Assembly: GCA_963726245.1 (NCBI GenBank)
Contig: CAVSBT010000039.1
Span: 19,840-83,839 of the forward strand
Length of the DNA: 64,000 bases
Direction of reading: 5' to 3'
Source: an uncultured Chloroflexia bacterium
GTDB taxonomy: Bacteria; Chloroflexota; Dehalococcoidia; DSTF01; JALHUB01
How positions within the stretch are numbered: position 1 is the stretch's first letter; every line of letters starts with the position of its first letter. The position numbers and the translations under genes are program-made. Positions 11,177-21,159 of the stretch are shown piece by piece. Below the pieces are notes generated by a model that was given only the letters and a program-made list of their open reading frames with translations, was not told the origin of the DNA and made no database searches.

Positions 11177-11518
11177 TCACAGGGCCACGTCGCCGCGTTC
11201 GCCCGTCCGGACGCGGACGACGTCCTCCACCGGCAAGATGAAGATCTTGCCGTCGCCGATGTTGCCGGTCCAGGCCGCCTTCATGATGGCCTGGACCACC
11301 CGTTCCGCGGCATTGTCGTGCACCACCACCTCCACCTTCACCTTGGGGAGCATGTCGACTCTGAAGGACTCACCGCCGCGGCCGACGTGGACGATGCCCT
11401 TCTGAGCGCCGCGACCGGTCACGTGCACGATGTTCAGGCCCAGACAACCCTGGCTGGCGAGGGCCTCCTTGATCTCGTCGAGCTTCTCAGGTCGTACGAT
11501 GGCCTCTATCTTCTTCAC
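11177..11518 (-). CDS. glnK: Nitrogen regulatory protein PII (GlnK/GlnB family)
   Basis: MKKIEAIVRPEKL, QKG, LPKVK, TGNIGDGKIF, RVRTGE; adjacent to amtB. Confidence 0.93.
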   Translation of the reverse strand: MKKIEAIVRPEKLDEIKEALASQGCLGLNIVHVTGRGAQKGIVHVGRGGESFRVDMLPKVKVEVVVHDNAAERVVQAIMKAAWTGNIGDGKIFILPVEDVVRVRTGERGDVAL

Positions 11519-11530
11519 GGATAGTCCCCC

Positions 11531-12895
11531 TTAAGCGCTACCCTGGCTAGGGGCCGCCTTCTTGCCCGCGGCCTGCTTGCCGAGCCTGGCGATGGCGTCC
11601 ACCTGCTCCTCCAGCCGCAGCCCCTCGAAGGAGAATACCGGCTGTGGTATGGCGAGGGCACCGGAGCCGAGCTCGAACACATAGGCCCGCTCGCCGTGCT
11701 GGGCGATGTCCAGCCCCAGCGCCTCCTCCTCCGGCGAGACCCGCAGGCCGAGGGTCACGTCCAGAACCTTGAGAATGAGGAGCGTCATCAGGAAAGAGTA
11801 GCCCATCGTCGCGCCTACGGCGATGGCCTGGGTGCCCAACTGGCCGACGTTGCCGTGAAGGGCGCCGTTGGCGCCGCCGACCGCGGCCACGGCAAAGATG
11901 CCGGTAGCGATGGCGCCCCAGGCGCCGCCGACGCCGTGCACGCCCACCACGTCCAGCGAGTCGTCCAGGCCCAGCCGGGCCCGCAGACGCACGGCAAAGA
12001 AGCAGAGACCGCCGGCGCCAGCGCCGATGGCCAGGGCCGGCATGGCGTCCACAAAGCCGGAGGCGGGGGTGATGGCGACCAGTCCGGCCACCGCTCCGGC
12101 CGCGGCGCCCACTACACTGGGCTTGCCCAGGAACCTCCAGCTCAGCAGCGTCCACGTGATGGCGCCGGCCGCCGTCGCGACGTGCGTGACAACGAAGGCG
12201 TTCGCGGCCAGGCCGTTGGAGGCCACGGCGCTGCCCGCGTTGAAGCCGAACCAGCCGAACCAGAGCAGGGATGCCCCCAGCACCACCATGGTTATGTCAT
12301 GGGGCTCCATGGGCTCCCGCCCGTGGCCGACCCGCTTGCCGTAGAGGAGGGCGGCCGCCAGGGCGGCCACGCCGGCGTTGACGTGCACGACGGTGCCGCC
12401 GGCGAAGTCCAGGGCCCCCCGGTCGTGCAGCCAGCCCCCAGGCGCCCACACCCAGTGGGCGACCGGCGAGTATACGAACAGCGACCAGACGGCCATGAAG
12501 ACCAGGAAGGTGCTGAACTTGGCCCTCTCGGCGAAGGCGCCCGTGATGAGGGCCGGGGTGATGACGGCGAACATCATCTGGAAGATCATGAACGCCTCGT
12601 GAGGGATGGTGGTGGCGTAGGTGCTGCTGGGCTGCTGGCCCACTCCCCTCAGTCCGAACCAGTCCAAGCCGCCGATGAGGTGCCCGTGGTCCGGCCCGAA
12701 GGCCAGGCTGTAGCCCGCTATGACCCAGATCACGCTGACCAGGCCGATGACGATGAAGCTCTGCATGATGGTGCCGAGGACGTTCTTGTTGCGAACCAGC
12801 CCTCCATAGAAGAAGGCCAGCCCCGGCGTCATGAGCATGACGAGCGCCGACGAAATCAGTACCCAGGCCGTATCGCCACTGTTGATCGCAGGCAT
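11531..12895 (-). CDS. amtB: Ammonium transporter (copy 1)
   Basis: FQMMFAVITPAL, DFAGGTVVH, LWFGWFGFNAGS, DDSLDVVGVHG; twin His present. Confidence 0.96.
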   Translation of the reverse strand: MPAINSGDTAWVLISSALVMLMTPGLAFFYGGLVRNKNVLGTIMQSFIVIGLVSVIWVIAGYSLAFGPDHGHLIGGLDWFGLRGVGQQPSSTYATTIPHEAFMIFQMMFAVITPALITGAFAERAKFSTFLVFMAVWSLFVYSPVAHWVWAPGGWLHDRGALDFAGGTVVHVNAGVAALAAALLYGKRVGHGREPMEPHDITMVVLGASLLWFGWFGFNAGSAVASNGLAANAFVVTHVATAAGAITWTLLSWRFLGKPSVVGAAAGAVAGLVAITPASGFVDAMPALAIGAGAGGLCFFAVRLRARLGLDDSLDVVGVHGVGGAWGAIATGIFAVAAVGGANGALHGNVGQLGTQAIAVGATMGYSFLMTLLILKVLDVTLGLRVSPEEEALGLDIAQHGERAYVFELGSGALAIPQPVFSFEGLRLEEQVDAIARLGKQAAGKKAAPSQGSA

Positions 12896-12937
12896 GGTGC
12901 ACCCCTTCCCAGACCCCAGACTCTTGTCCTGCTCCCA

Positions 12938-12980
12938 AGAGTACAGAGGTCTTGTTACGGGGACGTTACGGCGCCTTTAC
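12938..12980 (-). promoter_or_regulatory. Promoter of amtB1-glnK-glnA with GlnR-type GTAAC-N6 boxes
   Basis: Plus-strand GTTAC at 12954 and 12965, TTTAC at 12976; minus-strand -10 TACTCT (12938-12943) lies 10 nt from the proximal box. Confidence 0.75.
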
Positions 12981-13044
12981 GCCGTCATTAAGACTGTGAA
13001 CGAGATGTTAGGAGCGCTTGCGGCGGCGAGCTCAGGGAGAGGGC

Positions 13045-14406
13045 TCAAGGCGGTCGCCCGTGTGCCGTCCCCTTGCCCACCGCCTGCCGGCCGAGCTGGG
13101 CTATGGCTTCCACCTGCTCGTCCAGCCGGGGCCCTATGGGTGAAATCACCGGCTGGGGGATGGCGACACCGCCGCCACCCATCTCAAAGACGTAGGCCCG
13201 CTCGCCGTGCTGGGCGATGTCCAGCCCCAAGACCTCCTCCTCCGGAGACACGCGCAAGCCGAGGGTCACGTCCAGGACCTTCAAGATGACAAGCGTCACG
13301 ACGAAGGAGTAGCCCATTATGGCCCCGACGGCGATGGCCTGATCGCCCAACTGGCCAACGTTGCCGTGGAGGGCGCCGTCGACCCCGCCGACGGTGGCGA
13401 CGGCGAAGACGCCCGTGGCGATCGTGCCCCAGGCGCCGCCCACGCCGTGCACGCCCACCACGTCCAGCGAGTCGTCGAGGCTGAGCCGGGCCCGCAGCCG
13501 CACGGCGAGGTAGCAGAGGGCGCCCGCGCCAACGCCGATGACCAGGGCCGGCATGGTGTCCACGAAGCCGGAGGCGGGTGTGACGGCAGCCAGGCCGGCC
13601 ACCGCGCCCGCTGCGGCGCCCACCACACTCGGCCTACCCTGGAAGAGCCAGCTCAGCAGCGTCCAGGTGATGGCGCCGGCAGCGCCCGCCACGTGCGTGG
13701 CTAAGAAGGCGTTGCCGGCCTGGCCGTTGGAGGCCACGGCGCTGCCCGCGTTGAAGCCGAACCAGCCGAACCAGAGCAGACCTGTCCCCAGCACCACCAT
13801 GGTGATGTCATGGGGCTCCATGGGCTCCCGTCCGTAGCCGAGCCGCTTGCCGTAGAGGAGGGCGGCGGCCAGGGCGGCGACGCCGGCGTTGACGTGCACG
13901 ACCGTGCCGCCGGCGAAGTCCTTCGCCCCGAGTTCTGCGAGCCAGCCCCCCGACGCCCAGACCCAGTGGGCGACGGGCGAGTACACAACCAGCGACCAGA
14001 CGCCCATGAAGACCAGGAACGTGCTGAACTTGGCTCTCTCGGCGAAGGCGCCCGTGATGAGGGCCGGGGTGATCACGGCGAACATCATCTGGAAGATCAT
14101 GAATACCTGGTGAGGGATCGTGGTCGCGTAGGTATCACTGGGCTGCTGGCCCACTCCCCTAAGTCCGAACCAGTCCAGGCCCCCGATGACGTGTCCGTGG
14201 TCGGGCCCAAAGGCCAGGCTGTAGCCCGCTACAACCCAGATCAGGCTGACGAGGCCGATGACGATGAAGCTGTGCATGAAGGTGCCCAGGACGTTCTTGT
14301 TTCGCACCAGCCCTCCGTAGAAAAGGGCGAGTCCCACAGTCATCAGCATGACGAGAGCCGATGAAATGAGCACCCACGCCGTGTCGCCGCTGTTAATGGC
14401 AGGCAT
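13045..14406 (-). CDS. amtB: Ammonium transporter (copy 2, tandem paralog)
   Basis: Same Amt motifs; closely similar to copy 1 along its whole length. Confidence 0.96.
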   Translation of the reverse strand: MPAINSGDTAWVLISSALVMLMTVGLALFYGGLVRNKNVLGTFMHSFIVIGLVSLIWVVAGYSLAFGPDHGHVIGGLDWFGLRGVGQQPSDTYATTIPHQVFMIFQMMFAVITPALITGAFAERAKFSTFLVFMGVWSLVVYSPVAHWVWASGGWLAELGAKDFAGGTVVHVNAGVAALAAALLYGKRLGYGREPMEPHDITMVVLGTGLLWFGWFGFNAGSAVASNGQAGNAFLATHVAGAAGAITWTLLSWLFQGRPSVVGAAAGAVAGLAAVTPASGFVDTMPALVIGVGAGALCYLAVRLRARLSLDDSLDVVGVHGVGGAWGTIATGVFAVATVGGVDGALHGNVGQLGDQAIAVGAIMGYSFVVTLVILKVLDVTLGLRVSPEEEVLGLDIAQHGERAYVFEMGGGGVAIPQPVISPIGPRLDEQVEAIAQLGRQAVGKGTAHGRPP

Positions 14407-14459
14407 GAGGCGTACCCCTTCCTACAGCCTTGGCTTGGTGGACAGATGTCCCGCTTCGC

Positions 14460-14513
14460 AATCTACAAGGGTGTTGTTACGGGGACGTTACGGGGATGTT
14501 ACGGGGACGTTAC
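14460..14513 (-). promoter_or_regulatory. Promoter of amtB2 with four GTAAC boxes at 11-bp period
   Basis: Plus-strand GTTAC at 14476, 14487, 14498, 14509; minus-strand -10 TAGATT (14460-14465) lies 10 nt from the proximal box. Confidence 0.8.
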
Positions 14514-14545
14514 GGGAATCCTGGCGCCGCCTTCACGGCAGCGCC

Positions 14546-15217
14546 TCAAGGAGAGGGCTTGAAGCGGTAGCCGACGTTGCGCACGGTCTCGATGAAGCTG
14601 TGGGCAGCGTCCTCCAGCTTGCTCCGCAGCCGGCGGATGTGGACGTCGACGGTACGGGCGCCGCCGAAGAAGTCATAGCCCCAGACACTGTTGAGGAGGG
14701 CCTCCCGTGTGAAGACGCGGTCCGGGTGGCTGGCCAGGAAACGGAGTAGCTCGTACTCCTTGTAGGTGAGATTGAGTGGACGGCCGCTCAGAAAGACGCG
14801 GTAGCTACTGAGGTCCATGACCAGGTCACCGCAGCGAACGGCGTTGTTGGAGTCGACGCCGCTGCGCCGCCAGAGGACGCGGCGGAGGCGGGCCACCAGC
14901 TCGGCGACCGGCGCGGGCCAGACCAGGAAATCGTCAACCGCCAGCGTCGAGTCAAAGCTCTCAACCTGTCCGGGGGTCAGGAGCGCGATGGCGGCGGTCC
15001 GGGCGAGCCACTCCCCGGCCGCCGGCGGCTCTCTGACTGGGGCGTCGCCGGGCTGCTGGGTCAGGTTGACGAGGACAGCATCGGGGAGCGCCCCGCTCTC
15101 CAAGTAAACGGCGACTTCGCTCGAAGGGCAGGTGGCCACGGCGTAGCCCGCGGCCTGGAGCCCGCTGGCCAGAGGCTGAAGGTCTTCGCTGGCGTCGACG
15201 AGCAGGATGCGATTCAT
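14546..15217 (-). CDS. glnR: GlnR-like atypical OmpR-family response regulator
   Basis: DNA-binding domain LTYKEYELL..VWGYDFFGGARTVDVHIRRLRSKL..IETVRNVGYRF resembles actinobacterial GlnR; degenerate receiver domain; heads the N cluster. Confidence 0.8.
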   Translation of the reverse strand: MNRILLVDASEDLQPLASGLQAAGYAVATCPSSEVAVYLESGALPDAVLVNLTQQPGDAPVREPPAAGEWLARTAAIALLTPGQVESFDSTLAVDDFLVWPAPVAELVARLRRVLWRRSGVDSNNAVRCGDLVMDLSSYRVFLSGRPLNLTYKEYELLRFLASHPDRVFTREALLNSVWGYDFFGGARTVDVHIRRLRSKLEDAAHSFIETVRNVGYRFKPSP

Positions 15218-15522
15218 AGCTTCTGTCGCAGTCCAGTATAGCAGAAGCGTTCGAGGGGCTCAGGCCAGGGGTTCAGCAGGCGCTATCGCTACCGAGCATG
15301 GATATGAGGGCTCCCCGGCCACTCGTTTTTTTAGCCCATAACTTTTAGGGGCGCCTGGGTCGCGCGGGGTGGCCCTCTTGTCGTTCATGACCCTGCGCCA
15401 AGCAGTGGCCTTGGTGGGGCGCCGGCCGCCGGGGTGCAGGATTGCAACCAACGGTGGATTGGTCACGCCCATGCGCGGGGCGCTGTCGCCGCAAATCGGC
15501 CTGTGCTAGAATCTTTCACTGG

Positions 15523-15597
15523 GCCAGCGTAGCTCAGGGGTAGAGCAGCGGTTTCGTAAACCGCGGGTCGAGGGTTCGAATCCCCCCGCTGGCTCCA
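15523..15597 (+). tRNA. tRNA-Thr (anticodon CGT)
   Basis: Acceptor stem GCCAGCG/CGCTGGC, D arm TAGCTCAG-GGTAGAGC, anticodon arm GCGGT-TTCGTAA-ACCGC, T loop GGTTCGAATCC, encoded CCA; TG-C-TAGAAT upstream. Confidence 0.97.
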
Positions 15598-15695
15598 GAA
15601 CAAGTTCGCGGGTCAAGACAGATTCAGAAGCGGGCAGTGGAGCCCGCTTCCGTCTTAGTTGGCGGGAGATTGCAGGTCGCCGGCCCACAGGCGAG

Positions 15696-18533
15696 CTAGG
15701 CTGCTTCGCGAGAGGAAGTTCGCGGCGTCGGCAAGACCCCGGTAGGTTGGCTGTCGGTGAGCAATTGTTCCATGGCCTGCGCCGGCACCGCCTCGCTAAA
15801 CAGGTACCCCTGGGCCTCATAGCATTCTCGCTCCTTCACGACAGCCAGTTGCTCGGCGGTCTCAATGCCCTCAGCGATAACCCTCAAGTTCAGAGTCCGT
15901 GCTAGGGCAACGATGGCTGCGAGAATGGCGGCATCGTGCGGGTTCGCCGGGGCGTCGCTTACAAAGGAGCGGTCGATCTTCACCGAATCGACGGGGAGGA
16001 TTCTCATATAGGCCAGGGATGAGTACCCGGTCCCAAAGTCGTCTATCGATACGTGCACTCCCATTCCTCTCAGCTCGCTCAGCATCTTGACGGTAAACTC
16101 AATGTCCCGCATGGCGGTGCCTTCGGTGATCTCCAGGTCCAGGTACTGAGCGTCCAGGCCTGTCTCCTTCAGTACCTGGGCGACCATGTCAACGAGGCGA
16201 GAGTCCTGGAACTGGCGGCTGGAAAGGTTGACCGCGACCCGCACAGGCGGTAGGCCCGCTTCTTGGAAGGCTTTGTTCTGGGCACAGGCGGTACGTAGGA
16301 CCCACTCGCCAAGGGGCACAATCAACCCAGTCTCTTCAGCCAGAGGAATGAACTCTGCGGCGAAGAGGAGACCGCGCTCCGGATGTTGCCAACGCGCCAG
16401 CGCTTCTATCCCAACGATCTCGCGGGTGTCGGTGTTCACCTGAGGCTGGTAGAACACCGCCAGTTCCCCGTGGCTCAACGCATGACGCAGCTCGGATTCC
16501 AAGGTCACCCGGCGTCGGACGTCGACATTCATTTCCGAGAGGAACAGTTGGAAGTTGTCCCGTCCAAGGTCCTTAGCACGATACATGGCCGTGTCGGCGT
16601 TTCTAAGGAGAGTTTCAGCGTCTTCGCCGTCTTGAGGGTACATGGCGAGCCCGATGCTGGCGGTAGAGTGGAATTCTTGCCCCGCCAGAACCCAGGGCAG
16701 CCTGAATCGATTAAGGATTCTATTGGCGAGCTCACACGCGTCGTTCACTCCGGGGACTTCCGGCAGGAGTACCGTGAATTCATCGCCCCCCAACCGGGCG
16801 ACGGTGTCGCCTTCGCGGATTATGCTGGTCAGCCGTTCCGCAACACTCTGCAACATCTGGTCTCCCACAGCGTGGCCCGCCGTGTCATTCACCAGCTTGA
16901 AGTGGTCCAGGTCGAGGAACATGATCGCCAGCGGCCGGTTGTCGCGGCGCCTCTGGGCCAGGGCCATGGTGAGGCGGTCCCCGAGCAGTCTCCGATTGGG
17001 CAGGCCGGTGAGTCCGTCATGGTAAGCCACATACTTGACTTGATTCTCCGCCTGCTTGCGGTCCGTGATATCTACCAGGACCGCTCGGAGGCCAACGACA
17101 CGGTCGTCGTCAAGAATCGGGCGGCTGGAGGTGCGTACCCACCTTGTCTCACCAGACTTGGTGAAGATCCGAAACTCGCTTGGCTCAAGAACCCCAGAGA
17201 CCATCGCCTGCAAGCTCTGAATGGAGGGTAAGTCATCCGAGTGGATGAAACGAGCGATCGATTGGCCGACAAGTTCTGCCGGACTATACCCGACGATCTG
17301 TTCCACGACTGGGCTGACGTAGGTCACCCGTCCTTCATTGTCCAGAGTGAAGATGACTTCACTTATGTTTTCGACCAGGTCCCGGAACTGCTCCTCCGAG
17401 CTGCGCAGCGCCTGCTCCGCCCGCTGACGCTCGGAGATCTCATTGAGGAGGTCCTGATTTCTCGACTGGAGCTTGGCAGCGTATCGCTCGGTCTTCTTCC
17501 GCGAGCGCTGCAATTCCATCCATAGCTGAACGCCCTTCACGACAACCGCCGCCTGGAGCGCGAGGTTTCGCAGGAGATCGACAGTGGGAGGGTCGAAGGA
17601 TACTGGCTTGAGGCTCGCCGCCCTAAGCAGGCCTAATACCTCGTCCTGGAAGAGGAGCGGGACCGTAGTGGCGGAGACGAGTCCCGCTCGTCGGTAGAAC
17701 TCCCGGGCCGGCTCCGAGATGCGGGGATCGTTCTGGAGGTCCGGAAGTACAACCGGTTGTTGATTCTCGACAATCATCTTCCGGACCGGGTCGGGAGCTC
17801 TGACCAAGGCGGTCCACGCCTCGTACAGCGGCGTCCCCGTAAAACGGCTGGCGGAAGTGCTGCGCATGTTTATCCGCCCGCGCCTGTCCATAAGGTCGAG
17901 ACTGCATAGAAAGCCCGTCGCGCTGTTGATGGCGCTGACAATCTTCTCAACCACTTCGCGCATGCTCTCGGCTCGCGTGAATACCCGTGAGACATCAGCC
18001 AGGGCATTCATCTGCCGCTGCAGGCGTTCGGTCCTGTCGGCGTCCGCGACGAGCCCGAGCATGATAGCCAGCGCGGGGCCCGCCGACTCCAAGAATCGGC
18101 CGGCGCGACGCGCAGCGCCGCCGTCCAGGGACCGCGAGCGACAACACAGCCGGCGTACGTCGGTCCTGTCCAAAGGCCGAAGGCCACGTACGTGCTGGCC
18201 TGCCCCGTGTCAGCTGGAGCGAAGTGGTGTGGCCGTCCATCCCGACCGACCGTGAAGACTGCTGCGCGGCCGCGTGTCCTCAGCTCGCGTTCCGTGGATA
18301 GCACGCCCTCAGGCGATAGCCCGAAGAAGTCCTCTCCGTCCCTCCGGGGATAGCCCGTGTAGTTGACGCCGTCGCCAGTGAACAGGCGCACATCGTCCGA
18401 ACCGATGACCGCCCCAACGATACCAGTGGCCTCGAGGAGTGCTCCATCCCCGTCCGTCGCGCCAGCGACGGCGAGCCGAGCAAGCTCTTCTAGTGCATGT
18501 AGCCTGCGCATCGGTGGATAATCTGTTCTCCAC
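15696..18533 (-). CDS. GAF-PAS-GGDEF-EAL diguanylate cyclase/phosphodiesterase (apparent frameshifts in 5' part)
   Basis: REGD..RLGGDEF, EALARW, DDFGTGYSSL, PAS/PAC; the N-terminus lies in ORFs 18008..18511 and 18309..18533, so the start is uncertain. Confidence 0.88.
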
Positions 18534-18703
18534 CGGTAGGATCGGCGCTGCGTGGGGCTATCTGAAGGTGGCTAGGTTTGCGGCGCGCCAGGATCGGCGC
18601 CCCTGACCAGTTGACGGGCACAACATGGCGCCAGGCGGCGTGGCCGCCAGAAGCATTGAGGGTGGAGTCGGCTGTCGGCAGCTTGGCGCGAGGCGCCCTC
18701 GCC

Positions 18704-19471
18704 CTACAGCCGGATGAGAACGCCCCCGTCCGCCACCAGGGTCTGGCCGGTTACGAAGTCCGCCCTCTCGACCAGGCTGAGCACGGCTTGGGCGATGTCC
18801 TCAGGGGTGCCGACCCGAGCCAGGGGTATCCTTTGTGCGACGCGCCCCTTGAACTCCTCGTAGGCGGCGGCTTCCTGGCGGGCGGAGTGCCAGCGCGTGT
18901 CGATGAAGCCCGGCGCGACGCAGTTCACGCGCACTTCGGGCGCAAACGTCCGCGCAAAGGACATTGTGAGGTTGATCACGGCAGCCTTGGAGGCGCAATA
19001 GGCGATGGAGCTGCCTATAGCCTGGATGCCCGCCACCGAAGAGATGTTGACGATGCAGCCTTTACCCTGCTGCTTCATGTGAGGGACCACGGCCCGCGAG
19101 CAGTAGAACAGGCCCTTCACGTTTACCGCCAGGATGCGGTCCCATACCTCCTCGGTCAAACCCTCGAGATCATTGAAATCGACGAAGTAGGTGATGCCCG
19201 CGTTGTTGACCAGCACGTCTATCGCGCCGAAGCGATCGAGAGTCTGTCTCACCATGTCGCGCACCTGATCGTCGTGGGAGACGTCCGCCCGCATCAGTAG
19301 CGCCTTTGCCCCCAGCGCCTCGACGTCGGCGGCAGTCTGTCGCGCCTCCGCCTCCGAGCGCGAGTAGTTGACTACTACATTGGCCCCTCGCTTGGCCAGC
19401 TCAAGAGCGGTGGCACGTCCCACTCCCACCGCCGACCCTGTGACAATCGCTGTCTTGCCCGAAATGTCCAC
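18704..19471 (-). CDS. Short-chain dehydrogenase/reductase (FabG-like)
   Basis: TGSAVGVG, NNAG, YCASK. Confidence 0.93.
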   Translation of the reverse strand: MDISGKTAIVTGSAVGVGRATALELAKRGANVVVNYSRSEAEARQTAADVEALGAKALLMRADVSHDDQVRDMVRQTLDRFGAIDVLVNNAGITYFVDFNDLEGLTEEVWDRILAVNVKGLFYCSRAVVPHMKQQGKGCIVNISSVAGIQAIGSSIAYCASKAAVINLTMSFARTFAPEVRVNCVAPGFIDTRWHSARQEAAAYEEFKGRVAQRIPLARVGTPEDIAQAVLSLVERADFVTGQTLVADGGVLIRL

Positions 19472-19492
19472 GTGGCGCCTCCCTTCTTCGAA

Positions 19493-19536
19493 GCAACAGG
19501 GAACAAGGAGAAACGGCCTTGTTGCTTGTTGCCTGC
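19493..19536. repeat. Inverted heptamer arrays in divergent intergenic region
   Basis: GCAACAG GGAACAA GG ... CC TTGTTGC TTGTTGC CTG. Confidence 0.6.
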
Positions 19537-19563
19537 CCTTATACCTATCTTACACATGACCAC

Positions 19564-20448
19564 ATGGAACGCGAAGGGTCCAAGGTGTATCCGGTTCTGG
19601 CCATCGGGGTGGCGGCTGTCTCCTGCGCGGCCGTCTTGATCCGAGAGGCGGATGCGCCGGCGCTGGTCATCGCCGCCTATCGCCTGGGGCTGGCCGCGGC
19701 GCCTGCCGGAGCCCTGGCCCTGACAACGGGCCGAGGTAGGGCGTCAGAGGATGGCTCGCCGGCATGGCCGGTCCTGGCGGGCGCGTTCCTCGCCCTGCAC
19801 TTCGGCTTCTGGATCGCATCGCTTCAGCACACGTCGGTGACCACGTCGGTGGTGCTTGTGACGACGAATCCGCTCTTCATCGGGCTGGCGTCGCCCATCC
19901 TCCTGCACGAGCGCGTGGCGCCGGCGACCTGGACGGGCATCGGCATAGCGACGGTTGGCGCGGCCTTGATGGCCGCCTCGGACCTGGGCGAGGGCATGGG
20001 GACCCTAGTGGGTGACCTGTATGCGCTGGTGGGAGCGGTCTTTGCGGCGGGCTACCTGATGGTGGGACGGCGGGCCCGACCGCAGATGTCCTGGTCGAGG
20101 TACGTGGGCGTCGTCTATTCGGTAGCGGCCGCGCTGCTGGTCGTCTCTGTGCTGGTGGCGAGGGAGCCGTTCACAGGCTACAGCGCGAAGACGTTTGTGA
20201 TGCTTGGCCTGCTGGCGCTGGTGCCCCAGCTCATCGGCCACTCTGCCATTAACTGGTCCCTGGCCTACGTACCCGCGGCCGTGGCGGCGGTGGCTATCTT
20301 GGGGGAGCCGGTCGGCGCGACGCTTCTCGCCACATTCGTCCTGAAGGAGATGCCGAGCGGGCTCGAAATCGCTGGGGCGTTGCTGGTCCTGGCAGGCGTC
20401 TACAGGGCGCTCCGCCCGGGATGGCTGCCCACGGCGGCGTTTGGCTGA
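19564..20448 (+). CDS. EamA/DMT family transporter
   Basis: About 10 TM; LALHFGFWIASLQHTSV, PQLIGHS, LGEPVGA. Confidence 0.9.
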   Translation: MEREGSKVYPVLAIGVAAVSCAAVLIREADAPALVIAAYRLGLAAAPAGALALTTGRGRASEDGSPAWPVLAGAFLALHFGFWIASLQHTSVTTSVVLVTTNPLFIGLASPILLHERVAPATWTGIGIATVGAALMAASDLGEGMGTLVGDLYALVGAVFAAGYLMVGRRARPQMSWSRYVGVVYSVAAALLVVSVLVAREPFTGYSAKTFVMLGLLALVPQLIGHSAINWSLAYVPAAVAAVAILGEPVGATLLATFVLKEMPSGLEIAGALLVLAGVYRALRPGWLPTAAFG

Positions 20449-20508
20449 GTGGGCTATCATGATCGTGGGCGCCCTCAACCTAGTGTGCAGAGTTCTTGGG
20501 GGAGCGAA

Positions 20509-21100
20509 ATGTCTTCTCAATCAGCATCGCCGCTGGAGCTCGAATTCCGGCCCGTAACCCCTGAACGCTGGCCGGACCTCGAATCGCTGTTCGGAGAACA
20601 CGGCGCCTGTGACGGCTGCTGGTGTATGTGGTGGAGGTTGACGCGATCCGAGTTCGCCGAGCGGAAGGGCCGGGACAACAAAGGGGCCCTGAAGCGGATA
20701 GTCGAAGCAGGCGAGGTCCCGGGGCTCCTTGCCTACGCTGATGGCCAGCCCGTCGCTTGGTGTTCGGTCGCCCCGAGAGAGACGTTCGCGGCTCTGGAGC
20801 GATTCTCGCACACTGGCGAGGATTGACCAAGAGCCCGTCTGGTCCGTCGTCTGCTTCTTCGTTGCCAGACCCTTCAGAGGCAAGGGGGTGACGCCGAAGT
20901 TGCTGGGGGCCGCCGTAGAACACGCCCAGGCCCGCGGCGCGAAGATTGTCGAAGGGTACCCCGTCGAGCCGGTCAGGAGGCTGTCCAGCGCCTCTGTCTA
21001 CACGGGCTTGGCATCCACTTTTCGCCAGGCGGGGTTCGTGGAAATGCTCCGGAGATCAGAGACCCGACCGATCATGAGGCGCGTGGTAGCGGGGCAGTAG
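20509..21100 (+). CDS. GNAT family N-acetyltransferase (apparent frameshift near 20805)
   Basis: GCWCMWWR..GLLAY..VAWCSVAPRE, then WSVVCFFV..FRGKGV..VEGYPV in the next frame. Confidence 0.85.
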
Positions 21101-21159
21101 CAGGTCGGGGCGTTTTCCGCGCGGCCGGCGGCGGGCGAGGGGATAGGACGCCGTCTCCG

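Noticed and set aside
14474-14515. Tandem 11-bp repeats as CRISPR or VNTR
   Set aside because: No spacers or cas genes; helical periodicity and duplication at a paralogous promoter fit an operator
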